Origin: Klebsormidium nitens
Taxonomy: Eukaryota > Plantae > Klebsormidiophyceae
Length of the DNA: 64,000 nt
NCBI GenBank assembly: GCA_000708835.1
Contig: DF237143.1
Location: 1-64,000 of the forward strand
Reading direction: 5' to 3'
Shown here in pieces: positions 1-11,457 of the stretch. The notes beneath the pieces are model-generated. The model saw only the letters and a list, made by a program, of their open reading frames with translations. It was not told the DNA's origin and did no database searches. Every line of letters begins with the position of its first letter. The first letter of the stretch is position 1. The translations under genes were made by a program, and so were the position numbers.

Positions 1-72
1 GGCAGCGTGTGACCCTGTCCAACCGTCACACATAAAATAACTCCAGACCGTAATGACACAAATGCGACCGTC

Positions 73-620
73 GTACCAGGATGATGTCACTTTTCTCTTT
101 AGACAATTTCATACACCATCCTGGTACAAGCCAAGAATGGTTGAGTTGTCCGGCTCGCGCCGGGGTTCACAGCTGTACCAGGATGATGTAAGTTCAAGCT
201 GGTCAAATTTTATACACCATCCTGGTACAATAGTGAAATCCGAGTCCGTACCAGCATGGTGCATGAAATCTCTATAGAAACAACTTACATCATCCTGGTA
301 CATCTGTGAACCCCGGCGCGAGCCGGACAACTCAACCATTCTGAGCTTATACCAGGATGGTGCATGAAATCTCTATAGAAAGAATTTACATCATCCTGGT
401 ACGGCTACCATGAACCCCTGCGCGCCTGAGCTTGTACCAGGATGGTGCGTGAACTTTGACCAGCCTGAACTTACATCATCCTGGTACAGCTGTGAACCCC
501 GGCGCTTCAAAATTCCCGGCTGACATTGGACTTTACACGTATATCGACACTCTTCAGCCTATCATAATACAGCTTGTTCAAGCCCCCTGATGTACCAATA
601 TGATGTCAACTCTTCTTTTA
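73..620. repeat. Array of 54-55 bp palindromic units (GTACCAGGATG...CATCCTGGTAC), five full units plus one half unit
   Basis: Seen directly. Units lie at 73-127, 175-228, 248-301, 349-402 and 434-487, with a half unit from 592. Each has near-perfect 11-bp terminal inverted repeats and a variable ~22-nt core. Linkers 128-174 and 302-348 are near reverse complements of each other. Confidence 0.92.
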
Positions 621-623
621 GGA

Positions 624-905
624 TCAATTCCGATCGCAAATCAAGCAGAATTCCATAAGAAACGTTCGTCCTCCAATAACATCAAACTTAACCGTTAAGT
701 TTGGACATGATAGCATGACAAACTTCCTGTCAATGACGCTGTTAAGGCGGGCCGAATCTGTAGACACTGCTCGCCCAGCGGCTACCTCGGCAAGCAGAGC
801 GGGAGTGCTGGCTGTGCGGTCACGCCCCAAGTACTCCATGTCAACGACGATTGCAGCAGACCGGAAAGTCAAATTGTCCTCGTACAGGTCCCCGATGTCT
901 AACAA
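624..905 (-). other. Unassigned 93-codon ORF, in the same frame as the last exon of the orphan gene; possible extra exon or decayed continuation
   Basis: The ORF is protein-like (DIGDLYEDNLTFRSAAIVVDMEYLG...). It has no ATG start and I found no phase-compatible splice junction. Three in-frame stops separate it from the ORF ending at 939. Confidence 0.25.
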
Positions 906-938
906 TCAATCTGCATCACATCAATTGTAGGGATTCTG

Positions 939-2454
939 CTAAAAACGGTTCAATGTCAAGAATGATTGGAATGCTTGTAAGTTCACCTTGTCCCACTCCG
1001 CTCTCCCCGGGAAGACCTTGACAACCAACTTTTGCAATGTTGGACAAGCAAGTACAAGCTCCAGGGCATCGTCATGAAGGTCCGTGTTGGTGCTGAAGCA
1101 CAGTGCGTAAATCTTGCCGTCAGATGCGAGATGGCATGTCAGGTTTTGGCGGCCGTCATGCACGCGTCCCGTGTAGCAGGGCTCAGACCGATCGGTGTAG
1201 TTGAACCGACCAGGGCCTTCCGGATAGGCCGTGGGATGAAGCTTCTCCCGCAACAAGGTCAACATACGCTCCCTCACGAACGCGCTGTTCTCAGGAGTGC
1301 GGTCATCGAAAGCTGTCAGCTGCTTTGGGTCAGATGGACCCTTGTACAACTTGGCCGGCAGCGTGAATGGGACCTTTGTTATCCGGCAATCCTGCAAAAA
1401 TACAACCTTGATTGGTCAAGCTCGACCAAGGTTCAACATACGAGGGCCGCTAAAAACCAAGAGACTGTTGTACCAGGATCATGTTGATACAGACTGGTCA
1501 AAATTCGTGCACCATCTTGGTACGAGCTTGGAATGCTTGAAGTTTTCGGCTGGCGCCGGGGTTCACATCTGTACCATGATAATGTCAGTTCCCTGGCCAT
1601 ATTCATGCACCATCGCTTCTGGCACTGATGGGCTTTACCCACGCTCGTACAACAATCAGATTCGAGTTCGTACCAAGATGGTGTATGACGTTTGACCACT
1701 TATAGTATACATCAGCATGGTACAACTTCACGAGGAGCATCCTCGAGCAAACACTCACCTCAGGCGACGGCAACCACGTCACCAATGCATCCTTCCACGT
1801 GTGGGCCGGATCGAGAAATTGAAGGACGCTCTCCGGCTTCTCAACTTTTGCACTCCCCGGGGTGCGCCACTCCCGGTCCCTCGTGTACACATCCAGGTCC
1901 AGAAGGTCGGCTACCTTGGGCTCCCAGAGCATCAGCCGCTTCTTTAAGCGGACAGCATAGTCCTTGGCCCCGTCCAACAGGTTTGACAAAAACACCAGCT
2001 GGGGCCCCGTCTGATTGATCGTCAAATGCATGCTGAACTTTGTCTGACCCCCACTCTGCATCCAGACAAAGTTGTCTGGGGCGAGTCTGATGCCGTACTC
2101 GGCTTCAAACACGATTGTCGTCCACTTCTCCTATCTTCTGCATATGATTGCCAAGTACTGGGCGACCGAATCTCCGATTTGCATTTGAGGATCAGTTTGT
2201 CCTTTACGTACGGGATATCCAGCATTGATAAGCTTCTCCAACGTTTCTGGCCGGGATTTCATGCCGGATTGATGGCGATTGAATGCTTTTGTTAGGAGTA
2301 TATCCTCTCGATTGCGATTATAGTAGTCTCTGGCGGTCTTTATATGGCGATCCGGGTGCCTTTTCCCATATTCTCGCATTGATTTACAAATAGAACACAA
2401 GCACGAGCGCAAATCGTCGCTGTACGAATTGATACCGGATACTTGAAGCGTCAT
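939..2454 (-). CDS. Orphan hypothetical protein, predicted 3 exons (2454-2212, 2130-1759, 1391-939)
   Basis: Three minus-strand ORFs join in phase 0 through a GTACGT donor (2211), a TAG acceptor (2131), a GTGAGT donor (1758) and a ttgtatttttgcag acceptor (1392). The first intron's acceptor is weak. No recognisable family. Confidence 0.45.
1470..1723. repeat. Second, diverged block of the same palindromic units (1470-1523, 1571-~1625, 1670-1723), inside the predicted intron 1392-1758
   Basis: It has the same arms and the same 54-bp unit length. It also repeats the linkers of block 73-301 (cggct.gcgccggggttcaca; gtacaa...cgagt.cgtacc) in the same orientation. Confidence 0.87.
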
Positions 2455-2778
2455 AAAGCCTCGTAGAATACATTCAGAAAAAAAAGTACAATCTCCGAAC
2501 GAGCGCGTTTTTCTCAAAAATAAAATGTTCGTCACACAGATCAGTGCCCCAGCCTCACAGCCCAGGCCCCACATCCCTCTGCTGTCTTTCTCTCGAACTA
2601 CTTTCAGTGCAAGAAGTTTCAGTGTTTCTGGCGGGAGTCAGAAGGTTTGGGCGTATAAAGGCACTACAAAGCATCGCCAAGTTACATAGGTTGTACGTTT
2701 GAAACAGGCGTGATTAATGAGCAGCTGTCTGGTACACGTTCTTTTTTCTCTGCCCTGCAAAGTAGGGTCAGCGGGCGC

Positions 2779-5281
2779 ATGGCACGGGTTACAGAAAGTC
2801 ACCTGCATGCAGAGAATGTTGCACCGGATAAAAGCTTCCGAGACCTGGTGCCCATGGGCCATAGGGAAGAGGGGCAGCACCCGAAAGAGGAGATCGTGCA
2901 CAAGAACCCGCTGCTGAGGGTGCTGAGCCTGCAGGCGTTCCGCTCAAAGTCGGCCAAGAAGGGCACTGTGGCAGAGGAGCATGAGGTGGCCCCGCGCCCG
3001 TCGAGAAGGAGCTTAACCCTGCTGCCGTTCAAGCGACGGGCCTCGTTGGACCGGAAACAAGTAGGGGATAAGAAGGAAGGGATCGAGCACAAACAAGTCG
3101 TGGACGAATCCCCTTCTTTGGACGCTGAGTTATCGGAAGAGGAGGGTGAACTCAGCGCCCCCAGTGATGACATCATGTGTACAGAGCCAGCGGGGGCGGC
3201 AGCGCATCCGGAAGGCAGTCAAAAGGGGCTGGTGCCACGAATGCTTGGGCTGTTGAGGAGTGGGTTAGCAGCAACCGGCGACTTGACCAAGCTGCAAGTG
3301 CCCCCCCAATTCAACATGCCCAAGAGCCAGCTGCAGCTGTATGGAGAGGCCATCTATGCTTGCAACCAGGTGAGAGGTCGCGGATATTGAAGCAGGCGCT
3401 AATCTGATTATTGAGCTGAAAACAAGGACAACTATGCATGCATTGATGTCACCTCACATTTGGTTTATGGAAGTAGAGGGTTCCTTCGTTGAAGAGTTAG
3501 GTGGTGAAGTCCCCCAATGTGCTTATTTCATGATCTATCTTGAGGAGTATTGACGAACGCTCCCCTTTATATATCAGCGGTGCACCAATGTAGCACAAGG
3601 CGTTCCCAAGGAATATTCTTCGTCTGACTGCCCCATGGCTGCCAGATTCTCTATGCTGCAATTTCCTGATCCTGCATGCTGATCACCTGTGAGGAAGGAT
3701 TCTTGTGTTGTAGATATCTAGGTACAATTGTACACCTGATACGGTTTTGGGCTTACGGGTTTATCACTCCTTCTCTTGCAGACATTCCTTGCTGCGTGTA
3801 CCGAGGGGGCTTCCCCGCTCGATCGCCTCCTCGCTGTCGTCCGGTGGCACCTGTCCACCGTGCGCTCTCCTCTCTTTGGGAAAGCCCCGTACAACCCCAT
3901 CGAGGGTGAGACCCACCACGTGTCTGCGGGGGGACTGCGCCTGCTAGCCGAGCAGGTCTCGCACCACCCCCCCGTTTCTGCCATTTATGCTTCCCACCCC
4001 TCCAAGCAGACTCGCGTGCTCTGGCAGCACCAGGCCGCGCCGCGATTCACGGGAAGTGCAGTGGAAGTCGCAATCAGGGGGCGGCGGCGCCTCTTCCTGG
4101 ATGCGCATGGGGAGGTCTACGAGCTGGACTCTCCGAACCTGAGCTTCCGGTTGCTGCCGACGCCCCTTGCGCAGTGGACAGGGCACACGCGGGTGGTGTG
4201 CGAGGCTTCGGGGCTGGTGGCGCTCGTGCATTTCAGGGCCAAGGGAGCGTTTGGGTGGGGGAAGGGCCAGGGCGTAAGCGGGAAGGTGGGCAGGCTGGGG
4301 GCCGACGGCGGAATAAAGAAGGGAGGGGAGATGCTGACCATCGAGGGCCACTGGGACGGGTGAGCAAGGCGTGCTCGTTCTCATGTCGGATATTTTCGAG
4401 CCCTGTTTGAAAACATTTTCGAAACATGGTCGAGATACCAAAGCAAAATCTGAATGGCCTGGCGCCCAGTATGTCGATCTTTTGGTACCATTATTTCAAG
4501 TCAACTGAAGGTATCACATGAGTTGAAGTCGCTTGGGCACTCGAGAGGTGATAACACGTAGTTCAGTAGAGAACTTGTTAAAGAGCCTGGAACAGTTATA
4601 ATATCTTAGCACTAATTGCATCACTGGTGGACCAAATGGTTCTCCAAGACGATAATGGGAGACGGATTTGCACGGGATTTCTACGTACAAAACGATGTGA
4701 AGAGGGCTTAGGAGAGGCGCGCCCAGTCGAAGTGAACAGGTCTTCGTGAGAAGATCGAACCTTCAAGAGAAACGAACTTGCTCTTGAGGCCTCTTTCGGG
4801 GTGTTGGTACTGGCACTCTGATAACATTTTGGTCATCAATTGCATGGGTAGCATTTGTACAGGCTTTCTGCTTATTAGATAGGGCCGCATTCAGATGCCG
4901 CCGTGCTGAACACGCTCTCTTCACTTCTTCAGGCTGGTCCACTACTCCGTGAAAGGAAGTAAGAAGTCGATGACCCTCCTGTACGACAGCGCCGCAGCGC
5001 TCCGCGGCATCCACGCTCCGCAAGTCGCTTCCAAGACCGACGTGGCACAGCTGGAGTCGTGCCGCGTGTGGGCGCCCCTCTCCAAGGCTCTTCTCGCCAG
5101 CGACTGGGAGACTGCGCGGAAGACGAAGAAGGGAATCGAAGACAGGCAGCGGCGGATCAGGCGGGAACGGAAACAAGGCGGCGGCGCTTTTGTGCCTGCC
5201 TATTTCAGAGAGAAGGAACCGGGGGAGTGGGTGTGGAAGGGGCCAGGAACGGAGGTGCAGGATGCTCCGCTGGTTTTCTGA
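2779..5281 (+). CDS. ORP4: Oxysterol-binding protein-related protein, plant ORP4 type; exons 2779-3369, 3782-4359, 4933-5281 (~505 aa)
   Basis: OSBP motifs DLTKLQVPPQFNMPKSQLQ, KAPYNPIEGETH, EQVSHHPPVS and WETARKTKKGIEDRQR are present. Splice phases 0 and 2 are consistent. The start codon is uncertain. Confidence 0.9.
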
Positions 5282-6982
5282 TTGTTTACATTTGTTACAA
5301 TTGCGGCACACGAAAATCTATAGGGGATTGTTGAGCATGCTTTTCCGACCAGCCCAGAATGCTTGATTGTTTGTTAGTTACCTGAGCCTCAGTTTGTACA
5401 GATTTGATAGAACGCTGTTTAGATACATCCGTTGAGTATGGAGAGTCGCAAATAATGGTCGGTACCACCTTCATTCTGGCTCGGAAATGAGCTTTGACGT
5501 TTGGAGAGTTCTAATCCAATTACAAAAGATCGCGAAATAAAACCAAGGTTTTTGTCCGGCAAAATGGAACACAATATATAGGACTAAATACACTAGAGCT
5601 CTTTACCAACACTTTTGCTAACATTGAACATGTTCGCCATGAGGAAAATAAGTTGTAGCTCGACATACACTGACTTTTTGGACCTTCTGACCGATCAGAT
5701 ACTTCAACCTTGCATGTGTCGGATTCGCCGTATACATAGTACACCATTTTTAGCCTGTGCTATTCAATCATCTGGTTACGGACGCGGTCGCACCAAATTA
5801 ATCTGGTACGTACGTCTCCATGACCAGGCTTGAGAACTACACCCGGTCGCGGGTGCCTGGGCTGCATGATGAGCCCTGATGTATGATCGGCTGCCTGGCC
5901 GCCGGCCGTGCGGTGGCAACATGCATGGTGCCTTGACTCTGAGTCCAATGGCTTGGCCGGACTGTTATAGTATGGAAGCTAGTCACTGAGTGACTTAATT
6001 ATCTGCACCTGCATGTTGGCAAATTATGCTGAACAGACTCTGAGGTTACAAAACATTCGAACAGCTATATGTATGTTGTAGTGACTTCAACTAGCTGGAT
6101 CGCGCACGGCGGGTCAAGTCGAAACGTACCTCAATCATAAGTTGAATGCGTATCAGTGTGTGGCCCGCGCGCGGGAGCTGGCATGACAGTGATCGACACG
6201 TACATATTTGCAATGCTGGCCGGAGCTAGCGCGCTTACCAACTTAGTGTCTGGCCAGGCGCGACCGGTCGGATGCATGATCCGGTCGCGCCCCATATTTA
6301 CATACGATTAGTTGACGCATGCATGGTGTCCACTGTGAATGATCGTGTCGATCGATCTCAAATTTCCATCGGTCGACTTTGTGCATAGACTTTATATTGA
6401 ACCGGATCGAACTGGCATATATAAGTGATGAAGCGACAGATGTGGCAGCAATCCGCATAACCAAGTACATCCTTCATAGGTTAGAATCATGCAGCGGCTG
6501 CGGCCGCCACAAAGTATATGACTGCATAACATCTCGTGTTTGTTTCAACGTCTTTTTTACGACTCGCAACCCAAGCCTGCTCGATGGCCTACTTCATAGT
6601 CGGATCACTATGCCGTGCAAGCGTGGGCCCTGCTAAGTTCCAAGCTGAAGTACTGCTGAAATACTTTGGACTCGAGGACAGCGTCTCTTCCAGCACCCGC
6701 TTGCCTTTCGGGCCCAGCTTCTCGTGAGGCCATCTTCATTTCGTTCTTAGTCTTGTCAAAACAACCAAGTGAGAATGCCCAACATCTCACAGCCCGACCC
6801 TAATCAACCTCTTAAGAGCTGGCTTCTTTTCGGCGGGTCTTGCTGTCCACTTTACCGCTTGAAAACGGGCGCCGTGGTTGGCGGATTAGTAGCCGTGTAT
6901 CGGATCAGTGGTTAGAGGGAGCCGCGCGTTAGTCGCCCGCTTGCTCCGAGACGGGGAAGCATCTTTGCGCAGGCTGGATCAC

Positions 6983-9900
6983 TCACAGCCGCACGGGGCC
7001 TCGCACCACGGCTTGTTTCCGGGTGTGCTCGAGCAAAGCCTGGACAAGAAACGAGAAGGCCCGGTTGCTCGACTCTATCGACCCGCTAAAGGACCACAAC
7101 TCAGACGTTCCATAAGATACAGCCAAAAATCTCGGGTTTACGCACGGCAAGAAGGCGGTCACCCGGCGCGGCTTGGGCTACCAGGAGGCAGGGCACGCAT
7201 CGGTAGTGGCGTCGCATGGAAAGGAAGATTGCGTCTCGACCCTCTCGACACATCCGAAGTCTGACCAAGTAAGAGGTTCCCGGAAGCGCCCAGTCCTGTC
7301 GAGGCCGTTCCGACATTGGGCATCCGGACAGAAGCAGCACTCAAAGCTCTACTTCTCTCTTGGAAGGATTCTGCGGCAGGGCTCGTCGGCCCTTTTCGAA
7401 GAACTTTCGACATCAGACAACATCGAAAAAGAATGGTCGAAATCAGTCCGGAAATCCATATTTAGGCAGTCCGCCATGCGTACCTGGCGCATGTGCGCTG
7501 CGATGGCCTTGCAGCCGTCCATGGCCAGGCCCAGCACCGCCTCGAACGTGTCCAACGGCAGCTTCGAGTCCATCTGCACGAGGGGAACACAAGCGACTTC
7601 ATCATTGCGTTCCTTCTTGTGCGTCTCTTGCTCAGTCTCTCTTGGGGCCCTTCACTTCACGAGTGCAGCGCAGGTTACTTTCAGACGGGTAGAATGGCCA
7701 GAGCGTGTCCGGTTACCCCGGCTTCGAGCCCTAACTATTGCTGCATCAGAAGGAGAACATACAAACGGGGCCCAAGGCAATCTCCTAAGCTCCAAGCCGC
7801 GGGGCTATTGTGAAGCAGTGGTGCCCTTTGACGAAGGCGAAAACAACTCCTCGAAGGACCGCCGCACGTTCGAACACGTAGTCCTTAACCAACACCCCGT
7901 CCAAGACATTTGAAACCAGTTGCTACTTCCCTTTGCGGCAGCTCGCTACCAGCGAGAATCTTTTAAATTCAAAAAGGTCCCGTTCTGTGCGTGCCTGCGA
8001 TCGACCTCGAAACAAGCGTTGAGCTCCCGTGGGGGTCCCCTTTTTCGCTGAGCGCTCCTCAAAAAGCAATGGTCACATGACTGTGAGAACGTTGCAAACG
8101 GACCTTCCGCTACCTACAAAGCAAGCTGCTTTAAGCAGAGCTGTGGGAAAAGCTGGCAGCTACGTCGATGCAGTTCACCTCACCTGCAGTAGCGTCACTT
8201 TCTCTGCTTTCGGAAGGAGGGCCACCGTGAGGTCGGGACCGCCGGCGCTATCTTCGACGTAGTTCAGATCTGGCAGAGAATTCAAGTAGGTGAGCGGAGA
8301 GGAGATGGGTGGCTACCCACATGGCCACCCTTCTTGTATTCTTCGAGCGCTTCAAGGCCGCTGAGAAGGCGGATGCATCACAATGCGCGTTTGTTGTGTC
8401 GGGTACCGGGACGGAACCTCTCTCATCAACGAAGAATCGGCGGTTTACAAGCTGAAGGGGGAGACGCGACTCGAGCATAGACAGAGTCCACCGGTCTGCC
8501 CACATCAACAGAGTTCGAAACTTGGATCTTGAAGAGGCCCTCGTCTAGACCAAAGTGCCGGCCAGAAAGGGGCGGAATACGATTCAATACCAACGTTTCA
8601 AGACGAAAAGCTCGCTCCTCATTGAAACGACCTTCCGAGTTCGCAGCAGTCTCGTTCCGTTCCAAAACCCACATTCCGCTGCTTTTCCAATCCTTGGAAA
8701 CGTGACGCAGCCTTGCATCCAACACCCATCAGATCCGCTGCCGACCGCTGGTCTACTGTGTCATCGTCGCCAGTGACGATACATGAGCCGTCCAATGACG
8801 AAGCCGTTCGATCAACCGAGTGCAACCATCGGCCGAATCAACCGGGCACAAGCGGATTCCAGGTCGGGCCGCAAATTTGATGAAGAGACTCGCCATTAAG
8901 TTACTCACCGAGGAGGGGCGTTCCGTTGAGGTAGCCCGCCGCGCAGGATGCGACCAAGTCCCGCATGGGCACCCCTGCATCCGCGAGCGCCAGCGTGGCT
9001 GCGTTGATGCACGCGGCGCGCGTGCCTGCGGACAAATCACGCGTATCATTATCTCTCGCCCAGCGACACTGTAGCGGTCAACACGTCCGCTTCTCCGCGA
9101 TTCGAACCCTCTGCGAGGGAACTGCGCGAAAGGTGGCTTTCTTTCACCACTTTTGATTGCGGAGGCCGTTCACTTGATTGCTTCCTGCTTTTGACCGAAC
9201 GAGAGAGTTGCTTCTCTTCTTCGTCTCCCCCTACTGATGCCTCTTTCGAATTTCTTCTCCGGGAACAGTTTGCAAGTCAGCGTCGTAGCTTTCTACTGCT
9301 TTGAAGGAAACGAGGGCCAAGATCGGCTTCCGGCCCAAACTGGAGCGGGACTTGCGAGAAATTTTCGATACGGGTTGCTCTCCGACTCCGCCAAAGATCG
9401 AAGGGCGTGATGGTATCCTTTCGAGAGTGCTCTTCTTTCGGCATACATACTACCCGGCGGGGTGAAAGGGACTGCTTACCTCCATCCGCCTGTAGTACTT
9501 GCACGTAGATGTCAATCTGCAGACAAAGCGCGGGAAGATCTCAGCAAATAATCGAATTGAACACGGACCTGAAACCCGATTGGTTTAACCCAATTGTCCT
9601 AAATCGCATCGCGATTCAATGATAAACGGGCAAGCTGAGCATCCAAACAAGCAAATCTGAGCATCCTTGCCATAACTCGTGGCAGCGATACGGTTCGAAC
9701 GTATGCAACATCTCCCTGCCACAACACCGAAAAGAAATTGTTTTTCAGCACTTGGTGAAGTCAACTAACTGACGGATGAAAGCGGTACTGGACACAGGCA
9801 GCACTGGCCGCAAATGCTTAATGCTTCTTCAATGTAATCGCCTAAAATGTGGCCCGAAACGTGTGGCTGGGGTGAAAGTAGGGGGGCGTCGCCCGAGTGT

Positions 9901-11457
9901 GCACCTGCGTCCTTGGCAGGAGGTGCGTGAGGATCGCGGCCTCCATGCTCTGACGGATCACCAAGGACAGCTCCACCGACCGCCTGCAGAACAGGCAGGA
10001 CTCATGCTCCATCCTCGGAAAATCTGCCTCAGGCGGATTTCAACCTTCTGCCGCTCTTCAGAGCGACTTGAATCGGATCCTTTTCAATGGATTTTGGAGG
10101 ACTGGAAGCTCATCTCAGCAACCGGACGTCCTGTTGTAGTCAGCACTTTTCAGATTCTCTATCTCAAGCACGTCTTAAAAAGCGTCATCAGTGTTCTCTA
10201 ATAGAACAGACCAACTTCTGTACCTGTCTCCTTTTGGCCGCCGCCGGCGCTCCCCCGTGCTGAACGTGGCCATGCTGTACTCGCAGTGGACCAAGGCGCG
10301 GTCATGGAGGGACTGCGACCGCTGGCTCACCTGCAACAACACCGGGTGTCAAATCGACCTCGAGAAGTGCTGAAGAAGCAAGGGCACCATCTTTTACTCA
10401 AGCCTCAGAATATAAATTGTACGATTTGGGTTGTACCTCTGTAGGCTCAAATCACGAAACGTTGAAACACGATTTTGTCAAAAGCATAAGTTTTGTCAGG
10501 CATCTGACGATGCTTCATATTTGTTCCTGCGCACTGAGTCCTTGTCACTGTTTCCAATGTTTAAGGGGACGATTGAAAACCCCCGCTTTTGACCTCGTGC
10601 TGCTGGGAAGGCCTCTAGATGCCAGACACGGAAAGGGTGCCTGTTTCAGCAGTTGCTCAGATCTCTTTGCTGAGGCCTCGATTCCAGCAAGAGAAGGGGA
10701 CTCGGACTAGTGTGTGGTGTCCCTCACTTCGTGTGGCCCATACACGGTTGCGAGGACTTTGGTGTTGCCCATCTCGAGGTAAGCGGATCTGCAGCACCAG
10801 CAGACATGTGAGACCTCCACATCGAAGTTCTCCTCAATGACCACAACTGCTCGCTGTCAGATGTCGGAGGTCATTCTAAAGAAAGCTCAATCACCCCAAG
10901 TGTCACAAGTGGTACAAAAGGCTCGATCTCTGTCACCGGCACCAGGGGCAATAATAATACTGACTGGCCAGAAAGTATAGGAAGAGCATATGTGAAATTG
11001 GCAATGCCAGCGTACTTCGGTTTATGGTGAGAAGCAGGCGTCTCCACGTTCACAAAGAAAACCGACCCAAAAAAGTCTCTGAAAGCTTTTTGAGTAAGCA
11101 TGGTCGGTTCGAAGATCATCAACAGCTGCGGCCGGAACACGGCGAGCTGCTATGGTGCTCATGAGAAGAGCTTGCACCGTACTCACCCGTCTGCTCTATG
11201 CAACACCGCCAGCTCACACTTGAGCTGACGGACCTGCACAAAGGGATCATCATGATCATCTTGATGGGGGAAGAAATCGAAATGCTGCATAGCATTGCAC
11301 ATGTGGACGAAATGCACTTCAAAACAGGGTCGACTTCCCAAACTTCCTAAGATCCATGAATGAGTGCGACGATGGGTGAGTCGCGCCAGCTGAAAGCGTT
11401 CACCTCTTTGGGCCTGCGGCCGTCCAGGCGGAGCCCCTCAGGGCTGACGTACTCCAT
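6983..11457 (-). CDS. RRP41: Exosome complex RNase PH subunit RRP41; 10 exons (11457-11404, 11233-11187, 10788-10728, 10330-10224, 9983-9905, 9516-9480, 9025-8909, 8269-8184, 7573-7484, 7039-6983), 244 aa
   Basis: The spliced product reads [18 protein letters not shown]...[11 protein letters not shown]...[14 protein letters not shown]...[36 protein letters not shown]...[14 protein letters not shown]...[11 protein letters not shown]. All junctions are GT-AG and in phase. Confidence 0.96.

Noticed and set aside
73-620. CRISPR array
   Set aside because: The units switch orientation, the sequences between them recur instead of being unique spacers, there are no cas genes, and the context is eukaryotic.
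6536-6727. Short plus-strand ORF ending FQAEVLLKYFGLEDSV...
   Set aside because: It has no start or splice context and no recognisable motif, and it lies in the RRP41 3' flank.
7173-7913. 246-aa plus-strand ORF
   Set aside because: It is antisense to RRP41 exon 9 and its introns and has no protein-like motif.
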